Below the pieces are notes generated by a model. It was not told where the DNA came from. It worked only from the letters and a program-made list of their open reading frames with translations, and did no database searches. From assembly GCA_000806155.1 (NCBI GenBank), contig JWKX01000001.1, positions 739 through 64,738 of the forward strand: DNA of 64,000 nucleotides. The letters run 5' to 3'. Shown piece after piece: positions 41,232 to 49,998 of the stretch. A program made the position numbers and the translations under genes. Every line of letters begins with the position of its first letter. The first letter of the stretch is position 1. Origin of the DNA: an archaeon GW2011_AR18 (GTDB taxonomy: Archaea > Nanobdellota > Nanobdellia > SCGC-AAA011-G17 > GW2011-AR18).

Positions 41232-41379
41232 CGGGCCGGATGGGACTTTCAATCTTTCTTATCTTTTTGAACCCACGACCACTTGCTTTCATTCCGCTTG
41301 TTAAAAGGAACACCATCGACGAAATGATTTTTTCACATCGAGACGATTCAAGTGCTCTACCAAGCTGAGCTACCGGCCC
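41232..41379 (-). tRNA. tRNA with two inserts (anticodon-arm region and T-loop); isotype unresolved
   Basis: Acceptor GGGCCGG/CCGGCCC plus discriminator G. D-arm TAGCTCAGCTTGGTAGAGC. T-stem GTGGG/CCCAT, with a 20-nt insert in the T-loop TTCAAA[...]T. About 55 nt is inserted between CTTGA and GCAAG. The anticodon could not be assigned unambiguously (CGT, i.e. Thr, is one reading). Confidence 0.55.
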
Positions 41380-41595
41380 TTTGGTCATAGATCTATCTAA
41401 TGACATAGTTCAATCTATTGGAACATTATTGATGCTAGTGTCTTAGAAAGATTCATAAGTTCGAATGAAACGCGAGTAGTATATAAAGCTTTTGCTAGGC
41501 TGTTATATTTAAACATTACTGTAATTTATAGTTATGATTATTTTATAAAACTTGCTCTATATAATATATGTTGGATATTTTTATAAGAAAATTAA

Positions 41596-41705
41596 CGCCC
41601 TGGCCGAGATTTGAACTCGAGTTATGACCTTTCGTTGACAAAACATTATATAAAATAAAGCTTCATCTCGACAGGGTCAGGTGCTGACCGCTACACTACC
41701 AAGGC
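41596..41705 (-). tRNA. tRNA-Asp (GTC) with canonical-position intron (~38 nt)
   Basis: GCCTTGG-TA-GTGT-AGCGGTCA-GCAC-C-TGACC-CTGTCG[intron]A-GGTCA-TAAC-TCGAG-TTCAAAT-CTCGG-CCAGGGC-G. Confidence 0.75.
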
Positions 41706-41763
41706 CTAATTTGAAGTCTATTCAAGTAATTTATAAATTTTTCTCATTTTAAAAAGAATAGAG

Positions 41764-41925
41764 TCCCCTAGGAGGGATTCGAACCCCCAGCCTGTCGGGA
41801 TCAGCTGTTTGTTTTTCATTTCTTAGCATTATGCTTTTGATCAAACAATGATTTTCATCTACAGCCGACTGCTCCACCGCTACTCCCCTTATACTAAATG
41901 TATATAGAGCTTGAGCTACCAGGGG
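41764..41925 (-). tRNA. tRNA-Tyr (GTA) with two introns (D-loop ~30 nt and anticodon loop ~60 nt)
   Basis: Acceptor CCCCTGG/CTAGGGG with a C1-G72 pair. D-stem GCTC ... GAGC, with an insert inside the D-loop. Anticodon stem GTCGG/CCGAC, loop CTGTAG[intron]C. T-arm GGGGG-TTCGAAT-CCCTC. Confidence 0.65.
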
Positions 41926-41949
41926 GAACTCTAATAAAAATGAAAGGTG

Positions 41950-42747
41950 TTAGGTATTTAAAATTTGCTCCCAATTGTGTTTTTTTCTTGGGTAATAAAA
42001 ATTAGTGTTGTTATACAATATTTCATAAAGTTTAGAACAATATTCCTTAGGAATGTATAACTCAAAACACGTGCTTCCAAATTTAGGATTTTTAACGTTA
42101 ATTTCTAAAAATGAAAATTTATCTTTTAACTGATATAAAAATTTCTCAGAACCTGATGATATCTTTAAATTTCCATGTCTTGAGTGAGGAACATGTCCAT
42201 CACCATCTATGATACCTCTAATTAGGTTTGATAAAAATAATTTAGAAGAGGGCATATTAGGCATTTCAATTATTAAAGATTTATCACCAATAGGAACATT
42301 AAATGTATTATGAAAAAAATCAACCAAAGGTTTAGAACTAATAGTAATCTCATTATTGATTAATTTATTAAAACCGTATCTTCTAGGCCTAACAGACACT
42401 TTATAATTAAAAAGATTATAAGCAAGTTTGGAAATAAGTGCTAATTCAGCCATATAACTTGTATAAAGACACACTTTATTAGAATCATACTCTTGAGTTA
42501 AATGCCCATCAGTAATTAACAATCCTAAAAAATAATATAAATCTGGATTTTCTAGCGAAGGAATTTGTGCTGTTTGGAATCTCTTAACTTTATAACCACT
42601 AGCTTCCATTAGATTATTCCAACTTCCAAAATACTTCTTAGAATAATAATTTAAAGCATTAGAATCATATTTTGTGGGTCTTCTTCCTAGTTGATTATGA
42701 TATATCTTTATTTCAGAAATTAGATCATTTTTAGAGGAAATAATCAT
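41950..42747 (-). CDS. LAGLIDADG family homing endonuclease (double-motif, free-standing)
   Basis: Two dodecapeptide motifs, YYFLGLLITDGHL and IRGIIDGDGHV, about 100 aa apart. 265 aa. Not embedded in an obvious host ORF. Confidence 0.8.
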   Translation of the reverse strand: MIISSKNDLISEIKIYHNQLGRRPTKYDSNALNYYSKKYFGSWNNLMEASGYKVKRFQTAQIPSLENPDLYYFLGLLITDGHLTQEYDSNKVCLYTSYMAELALISKLAYNLFNYKVSVRPRRYGFNKLINNEITISSKPLVDFFHNTFNVPIGDKSLIIEMPNMPSSKLFLSNLIRGIIDGDGHVPHSRHGNLKISSGSEKFLYQLKDKFSFLEINVKNPKFGSTCFELYIPKEYCSKLYEILYNNTNFYYPRKKHNWEQILNT

Positions 42748-42819
42748 CTATAAATAAAGATTTTAAAGTTTAAAAAGTATTCTCTTAATTATTCGAAAAT
42801 TTTACAAAAAAATAAGAAT

Positions 42820-43614
42820 TTAATCCTTGAATCCTAAGTATTTCATTACAAAGTTTACAAATCCATCATTAGTTTCTACACTCTCATGATAACTCATACC
42901 TAGCATATCTGCTGCTAAGTGTTTGTATTGTACTGCTGCTGCACTTTTTGGATGACTATGAACTACTGTTTCTTTGTTTGCTTGGCTGAATTTTATTGCT
43001 CTGTCTTCTGGTATTACTCCAATGATATTTGTCTCTAATAAATTTTCAATATCTTTTAATGACATATCTGCATTTTTACTATTTGTTTTTGTTACTACAA
43101 CTCCTAATACTTGTTTTCCCATTTCTTTGCATAACTTTATTGTTTTTAATGCATCTGTTACTGCCGGCATTTCTGGATTTGTTACTATTATTACTTCTTC
43201 TACTGCTTTGATTGCTGATTGTGGCTCTTTTCCTAATCCTGCTGCTCCATCTACTAATACTATATCTGCTGTTCCCTCTAATCCGTATATTGCTTTCGCT
43301 AGTTTTGTTGTGTCTACTTTTTTTGCATCTTTTAATGATATACTTGCTAGTACAGCTTTCAGTCCTGATTTATGTGAGAATACAGCTTCTTTGATATCAT
43401 GTTTTCCTCTTAATACATCATGTAATGTTATTGGTGCTATTGGATTTCCTAAATATATTCCTACATTTGGTGTTGTTAGATTTGCATCTAGTATTGTTAC
43501 ATTTTTTCCAAAATATGTTAATGCAGCTGCTAAGTTTATTGTTGTTGTTGTTTTTCCAACTCCACCTTTTGCTGATATGCACCCTATGTATCTTGTTGTC
43601 ATGTTCATGTTCAC
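42820..43614 (-). CDS. minD: MinD/ParA family P-loop ATPase
   Basis: Deviant Walker A SAKGGVGKTTTTINLA. 264 aa. Confidence 0.85.
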   Translation of the reverse strand: MNMNMTTRYIGCISAKGGVGKTTTTINLAAALTYFGKNVTILDANLTTPNVGIYLGNPIAPITLHDVLRGKHDIKEAVFSHKSGLKAVLASISLKDAKKVDTTKLAKAIYGLEGTADIVLVDGAAGLGKEPQSAIKAVEEVIIVTNPEMPAVTDALKTIKLCKEMGKQVLGVVVTKTNSKNADMSLKDIENLLETNIIGVIPEDRAIKFSQANKETVVHSHPKSAAAVQYKHLAADMLGMSYHESVETNDGFVNFVMKYLGFKD

Positions 43615-43674
43615 TATAGTAATTTAATAAACCTTTCTACGCACTATATTATCTCAATTAATATCATAAGGTGA

Positions 43675-43962
43675 TTAGTTATTTATTTCTAAGAATTGTC
43701 TTATCTCGCTTACTTTTCTAGGATTTAACGATATATGTTCATCATATCCTTTTCCTGTTCTTTTTGATGTTATTATTATCCATTCTTTGTTTGTTAGTTC
43801 TTTTATTGTTTTTGCTATTATCTTTATTCCTTTGTGTGTATTTCTATAATGTTCTGGAATTCCTTTTGTTATGTAATCTAATAGTATATGTTTTCCTCCC
43901 CAGGTATTTGTTCTTATTAGTTTTTGTATAATTAATTTTTGAAGTATGATATTATCATTCAT
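43675..43962 (-). CDS. hypothetical small protein downstream of minD-like gene
   Basis: 95 aa, basic. Confidence 0.35.
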   Translation of the reverse strand: MNDNIILQKLIIQKLIRTNTWGGKHILLDYITKGIPEHYRNTHKGIKIIAKTIKELTNKEWIIITSKRTGKGYDEHISLNPRKVSEIRQFLEINN

Positions 43963-44131
43963 TAAGATAAAAAGTATTTATTGTTAATAAGTATTATCAG
44001 CAAATTTCTGAAGATCTTTCATTAATTTTAGAAGAAAAGCATAAATTTCAAGAAGATTTTACTAATTGACATTTGTATACATTGATGTATAATAACAAAA
44101 GGTTTAAATATTTATTAATCTATGATATTAT

Positions 44132-44464
44132 ATGAAAGCTGAATCTATTTTCCTGAAATATATTGGTGATAATCCAAGGATGAGAGTATTGCAATACTTG
44201 ATAGAAGGTAGGAACTTTGATTATACTATTACAGATTTGCTTAATGCTAATGTAAGTTGGGGTACATTGAATAAATTACTCCCAGAGTTTTTTAAATTAA
44301 GTATGGTGATAAAAACTAGAAAAATAGGCAGAGCAACATTATACAGGATAAATCAGGACAATAATATGATTAAACAATTAATGAAATTATATGATGATTT
44401 AATACTTCAAAGATTAGAAAAAATAGATTCTAAAGAAAATAAGAAGTTAGAAATTGCAAATTAG
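44132..44464 (+). CDS. winged-helix transcriptional regulator
   Basis: MRVLQYLIEGRNFDYTITDLLNANVSWGTLNKLL is HTH-like. 110 aa. Confidence 0.5.
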   Translation: MKAESIFLKYIGDNPRMRVLQYLIEGRNFDYTITDLLNANVSWGTLNKLLPEFFKLSMVIKTRKIGRATLYRINQDNNMIKQLMKLYDDLILQRLEKIDSKENKKLEIAN

Positions 44465-44552
44465 AGTTCACTTATAGATTTAAGAGAAATATATTTTCTA
44501 CACACAACTAGTTAATTTTATAAATAAAACACCATCTCAAATTATTAAAGAT

Positions 44553-44697
44553 GGGCCTGTAGCTTAGCTTGGTTGAGCATCGAGTAAATTAAATTTTACG
44601 TGCAAGTCTTATATGACCACTTTAGCTTCATAGAAGTTTTATAGCTAAAGAGTGCTAAGTTAGCCGAAGGTCATGGGTTCAAATCCCGTCAGGCCCA
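44553..44697 (+). tRNA. tRNA with large insert (~80 nt) in the anticodon-arm region; isotype unresolved
   Basis: Acceptor GGGCCTG/CAGGCCC plus A. D-arm TAGCTTAGCTTGGTTGAGC. T-arm ATGGG-TTCAAAT-CCCGT. A TATA-like box lies about 25-35 nt upstream. The anticodon stem-loop cannot be assembled without splicing. Confidence 0.55.
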
Positions 44698-44715
44698 TTC
44701 TTTTATTTTTAAAAA

Positions 44716-45147
44716 TTATTCTAGAACTGTCATTCCCATTACACTCATTAATAATATTGGTAAAGATGAATGATATATTCCTAAACTTGCTACTCCCAGT
44801 ATGTATGAATCATGTCCGAATATTATTAGTCCTAATCCTCCTAGTAAGAATATTAATATTCCAAATGCTAATCCTAATGATAATATTCCTGCAAATAATA
44901 AGTTTTGATCATGTTTTTTTCTTATTGTCACGAAATAATATGTTGAGCTTACTAGTAAAATTATTACAGAGATTATTACTAATAATAATGCACTTATTTC
45001 TATATTTGGTGTTAAATGTGAATATGCTTTTATCCCATTATCGCTTATTATTAATATATTTATATCAGCTAGCCATAATGATAATACAAATAAGAATCCT
45101 ATTGCTAATGCTGTTGGATTTATGCTTAATCTCAGCTCTTTTTTCAT
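44716..45147 (-). CDS. hypothetical polytopic membrane protein
   Basis: 143 aa with four hydrophobic helices. Confidence 0.4.
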   Translation of the reverse strand: MKKELRLSINPTALAIGFLFVLSLWLADINILIISDNGIKAYSHLTPNIEISALLLVIISVIILLVSSTYYFVTIRKKHDQNLLFAGILSLGLAFGILIFLLGGLGLIIFGHDSYILGVASLGIYHSSLPILLMSVMGMTVLE

Positions 45148-45229
45148 ATAATTTTTATTGTTTTATAGGATAATAAAGTCTTTTGTTTTCAGTTAACTTT
45201 AAAAATGAATTCTTTATTCAATTTATTAA

Positions 45230-45407
45230 GCCCCGATCGTCTAGTCCGGTCAAGGATAGGGCCCTTTCGATGCCTTTTCTTAATTAAAGGTTGAAGATAG
45301 GCTCTGACACGAGTTCGAAACAATAGATGATCTAAAACAAGGATGGTTTTATCCGGCGATCCAACTATCCTTCCATATTATCTATTGAGAAATTCTCGTT
45401 CGGGGCG
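45230..45407 (+). tRNA. tRNA-Glu (TTC) with two introns (anticodon loop ~29 nt and T-loop ~70 nt)
   Basis: GCCCCGA-TC-GTCT-AGTCCGGTCAA-GGAT-A-GGGCC-CTTTCG[intron]A-GGCTC-TGACA-CGAG-TTCGAA[intron]T-CTCGT-TCGGGGC-G. The acceptor 3' strand is found 70 nt downstream of the T-loop 5' half. Confidence 0.65.
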
Positions 45408-45464
45408 TTTATAATTTTTTTAGTATATAGTAAGTTTTAATATTACATTAATTTAAATAATTAG

Positions 45465-46442
45465 ATGAAATTCATTTTTATCATAATATTTTTAGTATTA
45501 TTCTCTAGTTTAATATCAGCTCATAGTACAATTATTTTTCATAATACTCTTGATATTAATGATGATTCTGTATTGTTCTCCAATGATGGTTCCCTTACTG
45601 AGGTAGGAGATGATTATCAGGCTTATATTATTAAGAATATTATTATTAAGAATGATGATGTTCCTTGTTCTTTTGGTGATTTTAATTATGATATTGATCC
45701 TATTGATGGCTTTAATGTTTTAGTATCTTGTAACTCTAAAATAAATAATCTAAGTATTAATGATTCAACTCTTTCAGGTACTTTTAACGTCAATAAGGTC
45801 TATGAAGTTAATGTTGGTAACTCTAAAAAAAGATTTGTTGGTGAAGATATTTTATATTTTGAAGTTCATCAAGAACAACCTAGTAATGCTAATATTTTCT
45901 TTAATTATTTAAAGTTAGGTTTTGATCATATTCTTTTTGGTTTTGATCATATCTTCTTCATTATTGGTTTTATATTGATTTCAACAAGTTTCTTTTCTTT
46001 AGTTAAGAATATTAGTGGTTTTACTGTCTCTCATAGTATTACTCTATCTTTAGCAGCTTCTGGTCTTGTTTTTATATCTCCAAAGACTGTTGAGCCTATT
46101 ATTGCCTTAAGTATTATTGTTGTTGGTTTGATGTCTTTAGTTAATCTCTGGGAAAATAAATTGAATAAGTTCTGGTTGATTTTTGGTTTCGGTATTTTTC
46201 ACGGTCTTGGTTTTGCTGGTGCTATTGCTGAAGTTGGCTTTCCTAAGATTGGTTTTTTTACTGCTCTTCTAGGTTTTAATCTTGGAGTAGAAGCAGGACA
46301 ATTATTAGTTGTTTTAATTGTTTATCCTTTAATTTATTTTATTTCTAAATCTAAGCAATATGGTATTTACATTAAGAAATTTATTTCTTTAATTATTGTT
46401 TCTGGTGGTGTTATTTGGTTAATTTCTAGATTATTTTTTTAA
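45465..46442 (+). CDS. HupE/UreJ-like (Ni/Co transporter family) membrane protein with N-terminal extracytoplasmic domain
   Basis: Signal peptide, then GFDHILFGFDHIFFIIGF followed by six TM helices. This resembles the HupE/UreJ H-x-x-x-G-x-DH motif. Confidence 0.45.
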   Translation: MKFIFIIIFLVLFSSLISAHSTIIFHNTLDINDDSVLFSNDGSLTEVGDDYQAYIIKNIIIKNDDVPCSFGDFNYDIDPIDGFNVLVSCNSKINNLSINDSTLSGTFNVNKVYEVNVGNSKKRFVGEDILYFEVHQEQPSNANIFFNYLKLGFDHILFGFDHIFFIIGFILISTSFFSLVKNISGFTVSHSITLSLAASGLVFISPKTVEPIIALSIIVVGLMSLVNLWENKLNKFWLIFGFGIFHGLGFAGAIAEVGFPKIGFFTALLGFNLGVEAGQLLVVLIVYPLIYFISKSKQYGIYIKKFISLIIVSGGVIWLISRLFF

Positions 46443-46864
46443 TCATTTGTATCTTCTATTTCTTCATCTAGTAGACTTACTGGTTTTCTTCCCTCAAATC
46501 CTGTTTCTGGTTCATGCCAGTAATTTATTGTATTTTCACCTGCTCTCCAGCATAATAATATATCTTTTCCCTCATATTTTGAATAGAAGTCTATTAATCC
46601 ACTCTCTATATCTTTTATTACTACACCTTTTTTTGTTATCTCGAATAATTCTTTGAATAATAGATAAGCAATTCTGTGCTGTTTCATTGAATGTTCTAAT
46701 AATGCTAGATTTCCAATGTTAGTATCATCATCTTGTGCTATCCTTATTGATTGTAATAGTTTTAATGATTTATTTAATCTTATGGCTCTCTCTAGTTTTT
46801 TATTTATTTCTGGTAATAATTCCCTTGCCTCATCTAATGTAAAGTATTTAGGATATTCTTCCAT
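46439..46864 (-). CDS. hypothetical conserved protein
   Basis: 141 aa, begins MEEYPKYFTLDEARELLPEI. Confidence 0.4.
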   Translation of the reverse strand: MEEYPKYFTLDEARELLPEINKKLERAIRLNKSLKLLQSIRIAQDDDTNIGNLALLEHSMKQHRIAYLLFKELFEITKKGVVIKDIESGLIDFYSKYEGKDILLCWRAGENTINYWHEPETGFEGRKPVSLLDEEIEDTND

Positions 46865-46918
46865 TATCTTATTATAGAAAATTTGATTTAAATACTTTGT
46901 CTAATAAAGTATATATCT

Positions 46919-47569
46919 TTAGTTTAGATATCCCAGTTTTCTTGCATCTATTTCTAAAGTAGCTCTATAATCTTTTACTGGAAATTTCTGTTTTCTGTAT
47001 GTTAATTCTTTTGCAGATATTCCCTCTTTTGATAATATTAATACTTCAGGATGATGTCTTACAAATTCTCTCATGTTTTCAGTTAATGCATTTTTATATT
47101 CTTGAGTATCTTCTCTGAAAGCTTGTCCATAATTGAAATGTTTTATTAATAATAATTCCATTTTTTCTCTTTTTATTCCTGGTGTTGTTCCCATCAATAA
47201 CCATTGTATTGTCTGTATATCTAATTCATCTAATAATAATTCTACATTTCCCTCTATTGTAGTAGGTGTTATACCTAAAAGTTCTGGATATGTGATTAAT
47301 CCATTATATATTGCTGTTCCTCCTATTTTTCTATAACGATCATTTAAGTAGTCTATATGATGCCTATAATTATCTCTTATTTTTTGTGGATCTCTTATTA
47401 ACAATCTTGCATCAATTCTATGATGTTGTACTTTTATTACATCTTTTAGGAAATGGTTATTAGCAATGAAATCACTTGTAGTATGTAATGTTCTTTCTAC
47501 AGCTGTTTTTTCTCCTTTTTTTAGTTCTCTTCCTAATAATTCATATAAAGTTTTGATTTTATTTTCCAT
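46919..47569 (-). CDS. hypothetical protein
   Basis: 216 aa, His/Arg-rich. ThyX was considered and rejected. Confidence 0.4.
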   Translation of the reverse strand: MENKIKTLYELLGRELKKGEKTAVERTLHTTSDFIANNHFLKDVIKVQHHRIDARLLIRDPQKIRDNYRHHIDYLNDRYRKIGGTAIYNGLITYPELLGITPTTIEGNVELLLDELDIQTIQWLLMGTTPGIKREKMELLLIKHFNYGQAFREDTQEYKNALTENMREFVRHHPEVLILSKEGISAKELTYRKQKFPVKDYRATLEIDARKLGYLN

Positions 47570-47665
47570 TTTAGGGATTTTAAGAAATTATATTAGTATT
47601 ATAAAGACTTCTATTTATTATAATAGCTGTTTAGTTATATAAAATATTATAAACCTTTCAAAAAT

Positions 47666-48016
47666 TTGTATATTATGTTAAGTAAAACATTTTCTGATAG
47701 ACAAGCAATGTGTGTGGCCATAAGATCTATAGATTATATTGGTACAGATAATAATGGACTGATTTATATTCCTAAAAGGCTTATTGTATCAACAGATAGG
47801 ACAATAGAACCTTATATTTTTTATAAAGAAGAAGTTATTGAAGTTCCTGTAATAACAAAGTTGTATATACATCAATTTAGTGAAAGATTATCAAAAGATT
47901 TTAAGCTTAGGCTTGACAATCAAACGGGTTGGGGTCAAAGTTTTAGAATTGATGATGATGAAGCACAAAAGATGTTGGAAGTACTAGCAAGTGATCCATT
48001 AAGATATTTTGAATAA
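47666..48016 (+). CDS. hypothetical protein
   Basis: 116 aa ORF. Confidence 0.3.
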   Translation: MYIMLSKTFSDRQAMCVAIRSIDYIGTDNNGLIYIPKRLIVSTDRTIEPYIFYKEEVIEVPVITKLYIHQFSERLSKDFKLRLDNQTGWGQSFRIDDDEAQKMLEVLASDPLRYFE

Positions 48017-48028
48017 ATCTAAAGCTTT

Positions 48029-48292
48029 CTAGTCACATATTTTATAGTATTTTATATAAAAATTAAGTGCTTTCATGGTTAGACTATTTCCTTCTATAAA
48101 TCCTATATATTCCATCCTTTCTATTGCTGCTTTATATGTTCCTGAATATGGTATTGTAAAATGTCTAATACGAGAACCTATGATTTCAGGTATTAAAAAA
48201 TCAGTATCATTTTCAAGATCTGGTTCATCCATTCTATTAAGTAATGTTTTTACTCTTTCACATAACAAAGCTGATGTCCCTCTTTTTTCCAT
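48029..48292 (-). CDS. hypothetical protein
   Basis: 87 aa ORF downstream of the aIF2 gamma gene. Confidence 0.3.
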   Translation of the reverse strand: MEKRGTSALLCERVKTLLNRMDEPDLENDTDFLIPEIIGSRIRHFTIPYSGTYKAAIERMEYIGFIEGNSLTMKALNFYIKYYKICD

Positions 48293-48299
48293 ATGAGAA

Positions 48300-49531
48300 T
48301 TATTTCTTGATAAAAGCCCAGCCTACTAGTCTCCATCTTGTTCCTATTCTTCTTGATATTGCTATCTTGCTTCCCTCTTCAGCACATACTGGTCTTTTTA
48401 GTTTTACAAATATTTTATTCTTCTCTAATGTTGTTACTATTCCTGCTGTTGTTGCAGAATTTACATTTAGCATTAATGGCTCTCCCTTCTTTATTGGTTC
48501 TACTTTTAATTCATCTTTGCTTCCTATTACATTTTCTAATAATTTTGGTTCTAGTTTTAGTTCATTCCATAACTGAGGCATTTTTCCTTCAATTCCTACT
48601 ATTGTCCCGCTTAACTGGTCTCCTTTTACTATTGATGGGTCTAATTTAGTCAATATTGCTATTGATCCTCCTGGTCCTACAAGATCTACACTCTTTCCTC
48701 CAGTTTTTAAACTCTCAACTACTGTATTTATTGGTATATATTTTTCTACCCCTTTGTCTGATATTAATCTTCCAGGGCTTATTTCTATTCTATCTCCTAC
48801 TTTTATTATTCCCTGTTTTAAGCTTCCGCCTAATATTCCACCTACTATTTTTTTAATATCACTCCCTGGTTTGTTTACATCAAAGCTTCTTGCTACAAAC
48901 ATTATTGGATTTTTTGTATTATCTCTATTTGGAGTTTTCATTACATCTTCTATTGCCTCTATTATATAATTGATATTTACATTATATTTTGCTGATACTG
49001 GTATTATTGGTGCATTTTCTGCTATGCTTCCTTTTACAAATTCTCTTATCTTCTCACTGTTTTTTATCGCATCCTCTTTTGTTACTAGGTCTATTTTATT
49101 CTGTATTATTACTACATTTTTTATATCTTCTATCTGTAATGCCATTAAATGTTCTTTTGTTTGTGGTTGTGGACATTCTTCATTTGCAGCTACTAATAAT
49201 AAAGCTCCATCCATTATTGCTGCTCCTGATAACATTGTTGCCATTAATGTTTCATGTCCTGGTGCATCTACAAAACTTACTATTCTCTGTTCTTCACATT
49301 TTTCACACTGTTTTTTTGTTGAATATGTATGTTGATCACATTTGTATATAGGTGCATCTGCATATCCTAATTTTATTGTGATTCCTCTCTTTATCTCTTC
49401 AGAATGTGTGTCTGTCCATTTTCCTGATAGAGCCTGTAACAAACTAGTCTTTCCATGGTCAACATCTTTGGTTTATAAGCAGAAGCTTAGTAATGTCCAA
49501 TTAGACCGATGTTAATGCTAGGTTGTTGCAT
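48300..49531 (-). CDS. eif2g: translation initiation factor 2 gamma subunit (aIF2 gamma), interrupted by a 29-nt intron-like insert
   Basis: Exon 1 (49531-49493) encodes MQQPSINIGLIGH. After a 29-nt insert with an in-frame TAA, the frame resumes as VDHGKTSLLQALSGKWTDTHSEEIKRGITIKLGYA ... CEKCEE ... The joined product has the canonical QPxVNIGxVGHVDHGKT N-terminus. The ORF track shows only 48300-49442. Confidence 0.85.
49464..49494 (-). other. 29-nt bulge-helix-bulge-like intron inside aIF2 gamma coding sequence
   Basis: Three equivalent 29-nt boundaries lie within 49464-49494. Removing any restores frame and motif. Proposed fold: GGUC-UAA-UUGG-AC|A-UUAC-[UAAGC-UUCU-GCUUA]-UAAA-CCAA-AG|A-UGUU-GACC. 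The central 4-bp helix UUGG/CCAA is flanked by two 3-nt bulges. Confidence 0.6.
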
Positions 49532-49632
49532 GAGTTCTTGTTGTGTAACTTTTTCTTTCTTCAAATTTTTACTCCTTATGGTAATTTGTTGAATTCAGCT
49601 TAATTTATAAATTTAACCTTGCCATAGAGTAT

Positions 49633-49953
49633 ATGCTTGTTAAAATTAATAAGGATGTTTTTGATGTTTCTGTTGCTGATAGTCTGTTTTCTCGTCTTAT
49701 GGGATTGATGTTTTCATTTCCTAAAAATGATGGTTTATTATTTAAGTTTGATAAAGAAATTTATGTTTCATTGCATATGTTTTTTGTTTTCTTTCCTATT
49801 GATATCATTTACATTAATGAAAAGTTTAAAGTTATTAAGATTAAGAAAAGAGTTTTTCCTTTTGTTCCTTTTATTTCTCCTGTTAAATGCAAATATATTT
49901 TAGAATTGAAAGATTGTAGGAATGTTAAAGTTGGTGATAAAATAATTTTCTGA
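49633..49953 (+). CDS. DUF192 family protein
   Basis: GLMFSFPKNDGLLFKF ... FFPIDIIYINEKFKVIKI ... YILELKDC matches the DUF192/COG1430 pattern. Confidence 0.55.
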   Translation: MLVKINKDVFDVSVADSLFSRLMGLMFSFPKNDGLLFKFDKEIYVSLHMFFVFFPIDIIYINEKFKVIKIKKRVFPFVPFISPVKCKYILELKDCRNVKVGDKIIF

Positions 49954-49998
49954 TTAGTTTTTAATAAGTTTTATAAAGAGATTTATTAGAACTAATTT

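Noticed and set aside
41400-41595. Additional tRNA between 41379 and 41596 (GTTCGAATG at about 41465)
   Set aside because: The TTCGAAT-like heptamer lacks flanking complementary stems on either strand.
46919-47569. ThyX (flavin-dependent thymidylate synthase) assignment
   Set aside because: The diagnostic RHRxxxxxxxSxR motif is absent. Only an unspecific His/Arg-rich region is present.
49441-49531. Programmed ribosomal frameshift or internal start as explanation for the split aIF2 gamma
   Set aside because: Exon 1 ends in a TAA two codons after GH, and the downstream frame has a TAA three codons before VDHGKT. Only exact removal of 29 nt restores the universally conserved GHVDHGKT. A BHB fold is available. 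A sequencing or assembly error cannot be excluded from sequence alone.
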